Notes under the pieces: generated by a model
Told to the model about the DNA's origin: nothing
Database searches by the model: none
What the model saw: the letters and a program-made list of their open reading frames with translations, nothing else
Shown here: positions 10,069 through 23,200 of the stretch, piece after piece
How positions within the stretch are numbered: the stretch's first letter is position 1
Layout: the number at the start of each line of letters is the position of its first letter
NCBI GenBank assembly: GCA_964247055.1
Contig: OZ176056.1
Location: 8,990,001 to 9,054,000 of the forward strand
DNA length: 64,000 nucleotides
Direction of reading: 5' to 3'
Source: Paragordius varius
Lineage: Eukaryota; Animalia; Nematomorpha
Translations under genes and position numbers: made by a program

Positions 10069-10464
10069 TTTTAACCGTGAGCGGGACGATAGTTCCCGTC
10101 TGTTATGCAAATCTGAAAGATATACTTTATTTTTATATCATAATTTTCTGTTACATGCAAATGTGAAATACATACCTTGGTTATAACTTTCACCGTTATT
10201 TGAATTGTATTATTTTTTATATTTTTTGTGTTATATGTAAATATATAACCTTTGTTACTTGAAATTTTATTGATATAATGCAAATCATGGACAGTTAAAA
10301 TTGCTATATATACACCTAAAAAAACCAAATAAAAAATTCAGTTCATTTCACATTTCTATTATTATCTCTTTATCTTAAAAGATAACACCGTCATATATGT
10401 AAACGCGTGAAAAAAAAACATGCACATTTAACGCCTTCCTTTGAAACCGGATTCAAATTCGAAA

Positions 10465-10533
10465 TGTTGCGCCCCCTCAACTATGACGCCATGTGCATCA
10501 GCCCCCTTTTTCACCCCCCTAGATACGCCACTG
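10465..10533 (-). mobile_element. Solo terminus of a non-autonomous DNA transposon/MITE
   Basis: The minus strand reads CAGTGGCGTATCTAGGGGGGTGAAAAAGGGGGC...GAGGGGGCGC, a GC-rich island resembling common MITE/hAT-type ends. No partner TIR was found. Confidence 0.35.
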
Positions 10534-11171
10534 TATCGAAAAGTAGCAATTAACGCATATGAAATCAAAACTTTTTTGAATCTAAAAAATATAATTAATA
10601 GCACATATTTTAATAGTAAAACATTTGTATTTAAATTCGAGCGGAATAGGATTTTAAATCCCTTCAAAAAAGGGCTTAGTTTGTGCGATAAAAATTTTGA
10701 ATTAGACCAAAATTTGTAGAAGCCTATTTCATGATTTTTGAGTATTATACAAACACCTTTTCTATATTCGATGATTAACATTTATGGCCGATATTTTGAA
10801 CACAAATTGGCTCGACAGCCTCTTTTTAGGAAAATATTAAGGAAACTCTATTGCGGTTCTTTATTTACCCAATTCGCTGATTTACAGTCAATATTTTTTA
10901 TCCTTTATTAAATTTATATTACTTAAATATTAAATTTAAGTATTTGTGGAGCAAAAAGCTCTAAATGAAAATTTTTTTTAAAAATGGTTTGAAAATTGAA
11001 AAAAATTGTTATGTTTGATATAATTATATTAAAGATATTTGATAATATACGTATCCCATTCAAACAGGAGTTGGTTTAAAAGCATAGCAATTTTTAAACG
11101 AATTTAACAAATCATGGATAATAGTTTATTATAATTCACGCATATAATTATTCAATAACAAATTAATGGAT

Positions 11172-11413
11172 TTAATGTCCTTTAACATTATCCAAAGAAT
11201 GGTGTGCATCATTTTTAATCATTTTAGGTTCTTTATGTTTTTTTGGCTTAAACACAAAGTAGGATATTAGAGACATCCAAAATATTCCACTTGCTATGGC
11301 AATCTATTGCTTTATAATTTCAAAAATACCCCTTGGCGTCCCTTCTGAGTGTAGGTATTAAAGTATCTTGAAATTCCTTTAAACCTATCATCTGCAACGG
11401 CATCGTGAGCCAT
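11172..11413 (-). CDS. ATP5MK: Mitochondrial ATP synthase membrane subunit K (USMG5/DAPIT); join(11413-11330,11303-11172), 71 aa
   Basis: MAHDAVADDRFKGISRYFNTYTQKGRQG|IAIASGIFWMSLISYFVFKPKK... aligns without gaps to the recalled human FTGIKKYFNSYTLTGRMNCVLATYGSIALIVLYFKLRSKK only if the 26-nt GT-AG segment is removed. TAA stop at 11174-11172. Confidence 0.85.
11304..11329 (-). other. 26-nt micro-intron (GTATTTTTGAAATTATAAAGCAATAG)
   Basis: Has GT...AG ends, contains an in-frame stop, and its length is not a multiple of 3. Removing it restores the conserved TM segment at exact spacing. Confidence 0.85.
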
Positions 11414-11915
11414 GATTAACAATTAATTGTAGACAGATGTGAAATTTATCCATTATATTATTTATGCCAGTAATATTTCACAAAGAAAAATATTTTTAAT
11501 AAATAAGGTATGTAGCAATTTAGCAAAATAAGTGCTATTTAGTATAAAATAATTTAAATCTATCTATAGGTATTAGAATGGTATGCTTTGTTTGTGGGCA
11601 TTACATATCTACAAATTAAATTTCTTATTAGAATCTTACGGTAACATATTTGTTGTAGAAAATTAATTTCGATTTAATAATAATTTTAGAAGATTAAAGA
11701 TATTTAATATTTTATGTTCACACGGGGTAGGCCCGACCAGGGGGCCTATTTCAAAAAACGGGCGAAGCTATTGTCGGGGCATTCATTAATGATTAATTTT
11801 TCGATGTTTGGATTTGAATGGGTCCACCGGTTTTCCTGTAGCAGATCACAAAGCCAGCATTTTCCATTTTTATAAATATATAGATTACTATAAATAATGT
11901 TTTATTATCCATATA

Positions 11916-14200
11916 TAAGGTGACCAGACGTCCCGCTTTTTCACACTTTGTCCCGCGTCCCGCTCCCTTTTTGAAATGTCCCGCTTTTTCAAGATTATAT
12001 AAAAAAAAATTTTTTTAATACATTTAAATTTTTTATTAATAATTTATTTTTTTTATTAAATTTTTTATCATTAGTTATCTTTAAAATCTATATCAATTTT
12101 AAATTACATTTTTTTTAATATTAAAGTTATATTACCTGCCAATCTTATCAAAAGGACAAAATACCAAAAATCGGTAGCTTATACGTTTACTCCAGAAAAT
12201 TAAGGTAATATTTTTTTAAACTAATATTAGTAAAAAAATATGAGTACAAAAAGAGGTTATTAATTTAACAATGAATTAATCAAAGAATTTCCTTTTATCA
12301 AAAAAACGAAAAATGAATCATTTATTAATGTTCTTTATGCAAGGGGGAATTCACCCTAGCACATGGTGGCAAGCATGATATTACAAAGCATATGAAAACA
12401 TAGAAACATAAAAATTGTGTGGCATCATAATCTTATAAAATGAGCGATTTTTATTAAAAAACCGCTTTTGGATAGGAAGAAAAAATTTGGCACTAGCCGA
12501 AGACGTTTCATCTTTTCACGCGGTTAATACCAATCATTCCTTTAGATCTATGGATTGTACTTCACAGATTATTCTTATCTTATTCAATAAAAAATTTACA
12601 TGTGCCCGTAGGCTGAAGTCATTGTATGCAATGTCCTTTCGCCACATGCATTTTTTGAAATACAAAAAGATTTTCTGAAAATTAATTTCATATCGCTATA
12701 CTCTGCTGCATTAAATCACATGGAAACAAAATTATTTTCCACTTTAATAAGATATTTTTATACAGAAACCGGAGTAAAAAGTAAAATTTTAGTTCTATTT
12801 CTCTCGGTAAAAATTCCGACATAATTTTTACTTCAATAATGAATATTCTAGAAAAAAATAATTTAAAAAACAAAATCATCGCATATTGCGCTGACCACAC
12901 CAATACGAACTTCGGTGGAAAAGCAAGGAGGGGAACAAAATTTTTTTTTCATAAATTAGCAGATAATCTTAATCAAAACATTATTTTGTGCTGGGTGGGC
13001 ACATACATTACACAACGCTATTCAAACAGCTGCTGATTTGATATCCCTAGATATGGAAAATTTAGTTGTTAAAATATATTCCTATTTTTATATATACACG
13101 GTACGAGTTGAAACGCTTAAGGGAATTCTGTGAAAATGCACAAATTTATCATCAAAAAATGCTTGGATATTGTAAAACTCGTTGTTTAGCTCTTTTGCAA
13201 GCTATTGAAAGAATTTTAAAAATGTATGATCCTTTAAAATCCTATTTTTATCACAGGACAAATGTCCTACAACCTTCGAAAAGTTTTTTGAAAGTGATTC
13301 TTCGAAAATATAGTCATTCCTACATTCAAGCTTCTCTCTTTCAAAATGTTATTAAATTGATAGAAAGCGACAAATTTTCGGCAATCGAAGTAGCCAATGA
13401 AATTAATAACCAAAAATTGCAATGTCAAGAAAGGTTAGAAAATAATTATACCATTAACCATCCGTAATACTATAAATAACTTAGAAAAACAGGGCTTAAT
13501 AAATTGCCAAGATATCCTGTACCATATAATATATACAAACTGTAAAGATTATTTGGACTACGGTGCAATTCAATGATATTGATCTTTTCATTGGATAACA
13601 TTAAAACCAGAATTTAATTGGTACGATGTTCAAAAATCATTTGATTACATCTGCATCTCCAAAAAATTTCCAAATGCAATCTTTCAGAAAATGATCTTTT
13701 TTCTAAAGTATCATTAGTTAAAAGATATTTTAATAATGAAAAACTTAAATTATGAACAACAGAAAAAATACAGTAGAAAAGAAATGTTTCGAAATATTTC
13801 ATCATTTTGAAACAACTATGTTCCATACAATAATATTATAAAAATTGTTGAATTTGCACTATCTTTACCTGGAGATACGCTGCTACTGAGTGCGTTTTTT
13901 CCACACTAAATCAGGTGTGAACATCTGAAAAATCAAATTTTAATTGTTGAAACTTTAAAAGCCATTTTATCTGTCAAATATAATTTGACAAAATGAAGAC
14001 TTATATTTAAAAAAGGATGACAATTTGCTAAAACGCATTCCCTCAAATAAAAAAATATACCAAAAAATAAAATATTTATATATATTTATAATGTATTTGT
14101 GTTAAAAATAAATAAATATTACAAAAATTTTTGGTTGGACCCCCATGCCCCCTTTCTAAGATTTGTCCCGCTTTTTTCTTCAAAAAATCTGGTCACTTTA
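11916..14200 (+). mobile_element. hAT-superfamily DNA transposon inserted into a satellite monomer
   Basis: TIRs are TAAGGTGACCAGA (11916-28) and TCTGGTCACTTTA (14188-200), 12/13 matching. The 8-bp TSD TCCATATA is perfect at 11908-15 and 14201-08. Subterminal GTCCCG motifs occur at 11930, 11950, 11957, 11978 and 14165. Satellite sequence resumes in register on both sides. Confidence 0.92.
12240..13996 (+). pseudogene. Decayed hAT transposase
   Basis: Fragments seen across frames: BED finger (CSLCKGEFTLAHGGKHDITKHMKT*KH), SFRSMDCTS, DHTNTNFGG, AHTLHNAIQ, TR(C)LALLQAIERIL..YDPLKSYF, and the C-terminal dimerisation region (IVEFALSLPG, ATECVFS, VETLKAIL). Many frameshifts and true stops are present. 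Confidence 0.85.
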
Positions 14201-17200
14201 TCCATATATCTTTTAACATCCTATACATATGATAGATACTCCCTCAGCAGCTATCATCAAAGAAACGCTTGACTAAAATTTTTGCCTTTAAAGAGGAATA
14301 CTAAAAATCCTTATTGAATTTATACAGTCTCATACCTTAGGAGAAAAACAATCAAAAAAATTATTTTTATGGACTTTGTTTTTTTTGAAAAAGGTGGCAT
14401 TTTACGGGGGGAGCGGGTAAAAAGAGGGACTAAGATAAAAAAGCGAGACGAATATGTTCGCGCAATCGAAAATAACCAAATAAAAATCATATTTGAAATT
14501 GAATGGTCCAACACGTTCTCCAGAAAATTGTCTCAAAGACACGATTTTTGTGGACGTCTGTTTTCAAAAAAACCCATTTTTCACATGGGGTGGGCCCGAA
14601 CTGGGGGCCTATTTCAAAAAACGGGCGAAGCTATTGTAGGGGCATTCATTCAAGATTATATTTTTTCGATGTTTGTATTTGAATGGGTCTACCGGTTTTC
14701 CTGTAGCAGATCACAAAGCCAGCATTTTCCATTTTTATAAATATATAGATTACTATAAATAATGTTTTATTATATATATATCTTTTAACATCCTATACAT
14801 ATGATAGATACTCCTTCAGCAGCTATAATCAAAGAAACGCTTGACTAAAATTTTTGCCTTTAAAGAGGAATACTAAAAATCCTTATCGAATTTTTACAGT
14901 CTCATACCTTGGGCAGAAAAACAATCAAAAAATTATTTTTGTGGACTTTGTTTTTTTTTTGATAAAGGTGGCATTTTACGTTGGGAGCGGGTAAAAAGAG
15001 GGACTAAGTTAAAAAAGCGAGACGACTATGTTCGGCGCAATCGAAAATAACTAAATAAAATCATATTTGAAATTGAATGGTCCAACACGTTCTCCGGAAA
15101 TACACGATTTTTGTGGACTTCTGTTTTCAAAAAAAACCGTTTTTCACACGGGGTGGGCCCGAACTGGGGGCCTATTTCAAAAAACGGGCGAAGCTATTGT
15201 CGGGACATTTATTAAAGATTATTTCGATATTTGGATTTGATTGATTCACCGGTTTTCCGGAAACACTTCACAAAGTTACATGAAAAATCATTTTTAGCGG
15301 GTAGCTCCTTACCCAGCAGCTATCATCAAAGAAACGTTGGACTAAAATTTTTGCCTTTTAACAGGGAATACGTGGAATCCATATTGAATTTTTACGGTCT
15401 CATACCTTAAGCAAAAAATCGATTAAAAAAAATATTTTTGTGGACTTTGTTTTTTTGAAAAAGGTGGCATTTTACGTTGGGAGCGGGTAAAAAGAGGGAC
15501 TAAGATAAAAAAGCGAGACGACTATGTTCGGCGCAATCGAAAATAACTAAACAAAAATTATATTTGAAATTGGATGGTCCAACACGTTCTCCGGAAAATT
15601 GTCTCAAAGACACGATTTTTGTGGACTTATGTTTTCAAAAAAAAACCGTTTTTAACACGGGGCGGGCCCGAACTGGGGGCCTATTTCAAAAAACGGGCGA
15701 AGCTATTGTCGAAGCATTCATTCAAGATTATATTTTTATAATGTTTGGATTTGAATGGGTCTACCGGTCTTCCTGTAGCAGATCACAAAGCCAGCATTTT
15801 CCATTTTTATAAATATATAGATTACCATAAATAATGTTTTATTATCCATATATCTTTTAACATCCTATACATATGATAGATACTCCTTACTCAGCAGCTA
15901 TCATCAAAGAAACGCTTGACTAAAATTTTTGCCTTTAAAGATGAATACTAAAAATCCTTTACGAATTTTTACAGTCTTATACCTTGGGCAGAAAAACAAT
16001 CAAAAAATTATTTTTGTGGACTTTGTTTTTTTTGAAAAAGGTGGCATTTTACGGGGGGAGCGGGTAAAAAGAAGCCCTAAATCAAAAAAGTGAGTCGACT
16101 ATGTTCAGCGCGATCGAAAATAGGAAAATATATTTGAAATTGGATGGTCCAACACGTTCTCCGGAAATTTTCTCAAAGACACGATTTTTGTGGACTTATG
16201 TTTTCAAAAAAAACCGTTTTTCACACGGGGCGGGCCCGAACTGGGGGCCTATTTCAAAAAACGGGCGAAGCTATTCTCGGGACATTTATTAAAGATTATA
16301 TTTTTTCGATGTTTGGATTTGAATGGGTCTACCGGTTTTCCTGTAGCAGATCACAAAGCCAGCATTTTCCATTTTTATAAATATATAGAATACCATAAAT
16401 AATGTTTTATTATCCATATTTAACCCTATACATATGATAGATACTCCTTACTCAGCAGCTATCATCAAAGAAACGTTTGACTAAAACTTTTGCCTTTTAA
16501 GAGGGAATACTAGAAATCCTTATCGAATATTTACAGTCTTATACCTTGGGCTGAAAAACAATCAAAAAATTATTTTTGTGGACTTTGTTTTTTTTGAAAA
16601 AGGTGGCATTTTACGGGGGGAGCGGGTAAAAAGAGGGACTAAGTTAAAAAAGCGAGACGACTATGTTCGGCGCAATCGAAAATAACTAAATAAAAATCAT
16701 ATTTGAAATTGAATGGTCCAACACGTTCTCCGGAAAATTGTCTCAAAGACACGATTTTTGTGGACGTCTGTTTTCAAAAAAAACCCATTTTTCACACCCC
16801 GAACTGGGGGCCTATTTCAAAAAACGGGCGCAGCTATTGTCAGGGCATTCATTCAAGATTATATTTTTTCGGTTTGGATTTGAATGGGTCTACCGGTTTT
16901 CCTGTAGCAGATCACAAAGCCAGCATTTTCCATTTTTATAAATATATAGATAACCATAAATAATGTTTTATTATCCATATATCTAACATCCTATATATAT
17001 GATAGATACTCCTTACTCAGCAGCTATCATCAAAGAAACGGTGGACTAAAATTTTTGCCTTTTAACAGGGAATATGTGGAATCCATATTGAATTTTTACG
17101 GTCTCATAGCTTAGGCAAAAAATCGATTAAAAAAAATATTTTTGTGGACTTTGTTTTCTGAAAAAGGTGGCATTTTACGGGGGGAGCGGGTAAAAAGAGG

Positions 17201-20200
17201 CCCTAAATCAAAAAAGTGAGTCGACTATGTTCAGCGCGATCGAAAATAAGAAAATTATATTTGAAATTGGATGGTCCAACACGTTCTCCGGAAAATTGTC
17301 TCAAAGACACGATTTTTGTGGACTTATGTTTTCAAAAAAAAACCGTTTTTAACACGGGGCGCGCCCGAACTGGGAGCCTATTTCAAAAAACGGGCGAAGC
17401 TATTGTCGAAGCATTCATTCAAGATTATATTTTTATAATGTTTGGATTTGAATGGGTCTACCGGTCTTCCTGTAGCAGATCACAAAGCCAGCATTTTCCA
17501 TTTTTATAAATATATAGATTACCATAAATAATGTTTTATTATCCATATATCTTTTAACATCCTATACATATGATAGATACTCCTTACTCAGCAGCTATCA
17601 TCAAAGAAACGCTTGACTAAAATTTTTGCCTTTTAAGAGGGAACACTAAAAATCCTTTACGAATTTTTACAGTCTCATACCTTGGGCAGAAAAACAATCA
17701 AAAAATTATTTTTGTGGACTTTGTTTTTTTTTTGAAAAAGGTGGCATTTTACGCGGGGAGCGGGTAAAAAGAGGGACTAAGTTTAAAAAGCGAGATGACT
17801 CTGCTCGGCGCAATCGAAAATAACTAAATAAAAATCATATTTGAAATTGAATGGTCCAACACGTTCTCCTGAAAATTGTCTCAAAGACACAATTTTTGTG
17901 GACTTATGTTTTCAAAAAAAACCGTTTTTCACACGGGGCATGCCCGAACTGGGGGCCTATTTCAAAAAACGGGCGAAGCTATTGTCGAAGCATTCATTCA
18001 AGATTATATTTTTATAATGTTTGGATTTGAATGGGTCTACCGGTTTTCCTGTAGCAGATCACAAAGCCAGCATTTTCCATTTTTATAAATATATAGATTA
18101 CCATAAATAATGTTTTATTATCCATATATCTTTTAACATCCTATACATATGATAGATACTCCTTACTCAGCAGCTATCATCAAAGAAACGCTTGACTAAA
18201 ATTTTTGCCTTTTAAGAGGGAATACTAAAAATCCTTATCGAATTTTTACAGTCTCATACCTTGGGCAGAAAAACAATCAAAAAATTATTTTTGTGGACTT
18301 TGTTTTTTTTGAAAAAGGTGGCATTTTACGGTGGGAGCGGGTAAAAAGAGGGACTAAGTTAAAAAAGCGAGACGACTATGTTCGGCGCAATCGTTAATAA
18401 CTAAATAAAAATCATATTTGAAATTGAATGGTCCAACACGTTCTCCGGAAAATTGTCTCAAAGACACGATTTTTGTGGACGTCTGTTTTCAAAAAAAACC
18501 CATTTTTCACATTGGGTGGGCCCGAACTGGGTGTCTATTTCAAAAACGGGCGAAGCTATTGTCGGGGCATTCATTCAAGATTATATTTTTATAATGTTTG
18601 GATTTGAATGGGTACACCGGTTTTCCTGTAGCAGATCCCAAAGCCAGCATTTTCCATTTTTATAAATATATAGATTACTATAAATAATGTTTTAATATCC
18701 ATATTAACATCCTATACATATGATAGATACTCCTTACTCAGCAGCTATCATCAAAGAAACGCTTGACTAAAATTTTTGCATTTTAATAGGGAACACTAAA
18801 AATCCTTTACGAATTTTTACAGTCTCATACCTTGGGCAGAAAAACAATCAAAAAATTATTTTTGTGGACTTTGTTTTTTTTTTGAAAAAGGTGGCATTTT
18901 ACGCGGGGAGCGGGTAAAAAGAGGGACTAAGTTTAAAAAGCGAGATGACTCTGCTCGGCGCAATCGAAAATAACTAAATAAAAATCATATTTGAAATTGA
19001 ATGGTCCAACACGTTCTCCTGAAAATTGTCTCAAAGACACAATTTTTGTGGACTTATGTTTTCAAAAAAAACCGTTTTTCACACGGGGCATGCCCGAACT
19101 GGGGGCCTATTTCAAAAAACGGGCGAAGCTATTGTCGAAGCATTCATTCAAGATTATATTTTTATAATGTTTGGATTTGAATGGGTCTACCGGTTTTCCT
19201 GTAGCAGATCACAAAGCCAGCATTTTCCATTTTTATAAATATATAGATTACCATAAATAATGTTTTATTATCCATATATCTTTTAACATCCTATACATAT
19301 GATAGATACTCCTTACTCAGCAGCTATCATCAAAGAAACGCTTGACTAAAATTTTTGCCTTTTAAGAGGGAATACTAAAAATCCTTATCGAATTTTTACA
19401 GTCTCATACCTTGGGCAGAAAAACAATCAAAAAATTATTTTTGTGGACTTTGTTTTTTTTGAAAAAGGTGGCATTTTACGGTGGGAGCGGGTAAAAAGAG
19501 GGACTAAGTTAAAAAAGCGAGACGACTATGTTCGGCGCAATCGTTAATAACTAAATAAAAATCATATTTGAAATTGAATGGTCCAACACGTTCTCCGGAA
19601 AATTGTCTCAAAGACACGATTTTTGTGGACGTCTGTTTTCAAAAAAAACCCATTTTTCACATTGGGTGGGCCCGAACTGGGTGTCTATTTCAAAAACGGG
19701 CGAAGCTATTGTCGGGGCATTCATTCAAGATTATATTTTTATAATGTTTGGATTTGAATGGGTACACCGGTTTTCCTGTAGCAGATCCCAAAGCCAGCAT
19801 TTTCCATTTTTATAAATATATAGATTACTATAAATAATGTTTTAATATCCATATTAACATCCTATACATATGATAGATACTCCTTACTCAGCAGCTATCA
19901 TCAAAGAAACGCTTGACTAAAATTTTTGCATTTTAATAGGGAACACTAAAAATCCTTATCGAATTTTTACAGACTTATACCTTGGGCAGAAAAACAATCA
20001 AAAAATTATTTTTGTGGACTTTGTTTTTTGAAAAAGGTGGCATTTTACGGGGGGAGCGGGTAAAAAGAGGGAATAAGTTAAAAATCGAGGCGACTATGTT
20101 CGGCGCAATCGAAAATAACTAAATAAAATCATATTTGAAATTGAATGGTCCAACACGTTCTCCGGAAAATTGTCTCAATGACACGATTTTTGTGGACGTC

Positions 20201-23200
20201 TGTTTTCAAAAAAAACCCATTTTTCACATGGGGTGGGCCCGAACTGGGGGTCTATTTCAAAAAACGGGCGAAGCTATTGTCGAGGCATTCATTCAAGATT
20301 ATATTTTTTCGATGTTTGTATTTGAATGGGTCTACCGGTTTTCCTGTAGCAGATCACAAAGCCAGCATTTTCCATTTTTATAAATATATAGATTACTATA
20401 AATAATGTTTTATTATCCATATATCTTTTAACATCCTATACATATGATAGATACTCCTTACTCAGCAGCTATCATCAAAGAAACGCTTGACTAAAATTTT
20501 TGCCTTTTAATAGGGAATACTAAAAATCCTTATCGAATTTTTACAGTCTCATACCTTGGGCAGAAAAACAATCAAAAAATTATTTTTGTGGACTTTGTTT
20601 TTTTTGAAAAAGGTGGCATTTTACGGGGGGAGCGGGTAAAAAGAGGGACTAAGTTAAAAAAGCGAGACGACTATGTTCGGCGCAATCGAAAATAACTAAA
20701 TCAAAATCATATTTGAAATTGAATGGTCCAACACGTTCTCCGGATAATTCTGTCAAAGACACGATTTTTGTGGACGTCTGTTTTCAAAAAAAACCGTTTT
20801 TCACACGGGGTGGGCCCGAACTCGGGGCCTATTTCAAAAAATGGGCGAAGCTATTGTCGGAGCATTCATTCAAGATTATATTTTTTCGATGTTTGTATTT
20901 GAATGGGTCTACCGGTTTTCCTGTAGCAGATCACAAAGCCAGCATTTTCCATTTTTATAAATATATAGATTACTATAAATAATGTTTTATTATCCATATA
21001 TCTTTTAACATCCTATACATATGATAGATACTCCTTACTCAGCAGCTATCATCAAAGAAACGCTTGACTAAAATTTTTGCCTTTTAATAGGGAATACTAA
21101 AAATCCTTATCGAATTTTTACAGTCTCATACCTTGGGCAGAAAAACAATCAAAAAATTATTTTTGTGGACTTTGTTTTTTTTGAAAAAGGTGGCATTTTA
21201 CGGGGGGAGCGGGTAAAAAGAGGGACTAAGTTAAAAAAGCGAGACGACTATGTTCGGCGCAATCGAAAATAACTATATCAAAATCATATTTGAAATTGAA
21301 TGGTCCAACACGTTCTCCGGATAATTCTGTCAAAGACACGATTTTTGTGGACGTCTGTTTTCAAAAAAAACCGTTTTTCACACGGGGTGGGCCCGAACTC
21401 GGGGCCTATTTAAAAAAATGGGCGAAGCTATTGTCGGGGCATTCATTCAAGATTATATTTTTTCGATGTTTGTATTTGAATGGGTCTACCGGTTTTCCTG
21501 TAGCAGATCACAAAGCCAGCATTTTCCATTTTTATAAATATATAGATTACCATAAATAATATTTTATTATCCATATATCTTTTAACATCCTATACATATG
21601 ATAGATAATCCTTACTCAGCAGCTATCATCAAAGAAACGCTTGACTAAAATTTTTGCCTTTTAAGAGGGAATACTAAAAATCCTTATCGAATTTTAACTT
21701 AGTCCCTCTTTTTACCCGCTCCCAACGTAAAATGCCACCTTTTTCAAAAAAAATAAAGTCCACAAAAATAATTTTTTGAATTTTTTTCTGCCTAAGGTAT
21801 GAGAGACGACTATGTTCGGCGCAATCGAAAACAACTAAATAAAAATCATATTTGAAATTGAATGGTCCAACACGTTCTCCGGAAAATTCTCTCAAAGACA
21901 CGATTTTTGTGGACGTCTGTTTTCAAAAAAAAACCCATTTTTCACATGGGGTGGGCCCGAACTGGGGGTCTATTTCAAAAAACTGGCGAAGCTATTGTCG
22001 AGGCATTCATTCAAGATTATATTTTTTCGATGTTTGTATATGAATGGGTCTACCGGTTTTCCTGTAGCAGATCACAAAGCCAGCATTTTCCATTTTTATA
22101 AATATATAGATTACTATAAATAATGTTTTATTATCCATATATCTAACATCCTATACATATGATAGATACTCCTGACTCAGCAGCTATCATCAAAGAAACG
22201 CTTGACTAAAATTTTTGCCTTTTAAGAAGGAATACTAAAAATCCTTATCGAATTTTTACAATCTCATACCTTAGGCAGAAAAACAATCAAAAAATTATTT
22301 TTGTGGACTTTGTTTTTTTTGAAAAAGGTGGCATTTTACGGGGGGAGCGGGTAAAAAGAGGGACTAAGTTAAAAAAGCGAGACGACTATGTTCGGCGCAA
22401 TCGAAAATAACTATATCAAAATCATATTTGAAATTGAATGGTCCAACACGTTCTCCGGATAATTCTGTCAAAGACACGATTTTTGTGGACGTCTGTTTTC
22501 AAAAAAAACCGTTTTTCACACGGGGTGGGCCCGAACTCGGGGCCTATTTAAAAAAATGGGCGAAGCTATTGTCGGGGCATTCATTCAAGATTATATTTTT
22601 TCGATGTTTGTATTTGAATGGGTCTACCGGTTTTCCTGTAGCAGATCACAAAGCCAGCATTTTCCATTTTTATAAATATATAGATTACCATAAATAATAT
22701 TTTATTATCCATATATCTTTTAACATCCTATACATATGATAGATAATCCTTACTCAGCAGCTATCATCAAAGAAACGCTTGACTAAAATTTTTGCCTTTT
22801 AAGAGGGAATACTAAAAATCCTTATCGAATTTTAACTTAGTCCCTCTTTTTACCCGCTCCCAACGTAAAATGCCACCTTTTTCAAAAAAAATAAAGTCCA
22901 CAAAAATAATTTTTTGAATTTTTTTCTGCCTAAGGTATGAGAGACGACTATGTTCGGCGCAATCGAAAACAACTAAATAAAAATCATATTTGAAATTGAA
23001 TGGTCCAACACGTTCTCCGGAAAATTCTCTCAAAGACACGATTTTTGTGGACGTCTGTTTTCAAAAAAAAACCCATTTTTCACATGGGGTGGGCCCGAAC
23101 TGGGGGTCTATTTCAAAAAACTGGCGAAGCTATTGTCGAGGCATTCATTCAAGATTATATTTTTTCGATGTTTGTATATGAATGGGTCTACCGGTTTTCC

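Noticed and set aside
10428-10911. ORFs 10428-10781(-), 10441-10719(+) and a 46-aa ORF at 10771(+)
   Set aside because: No recognisable homology; they are partly produced by the GC-rich transposon-like fragment.
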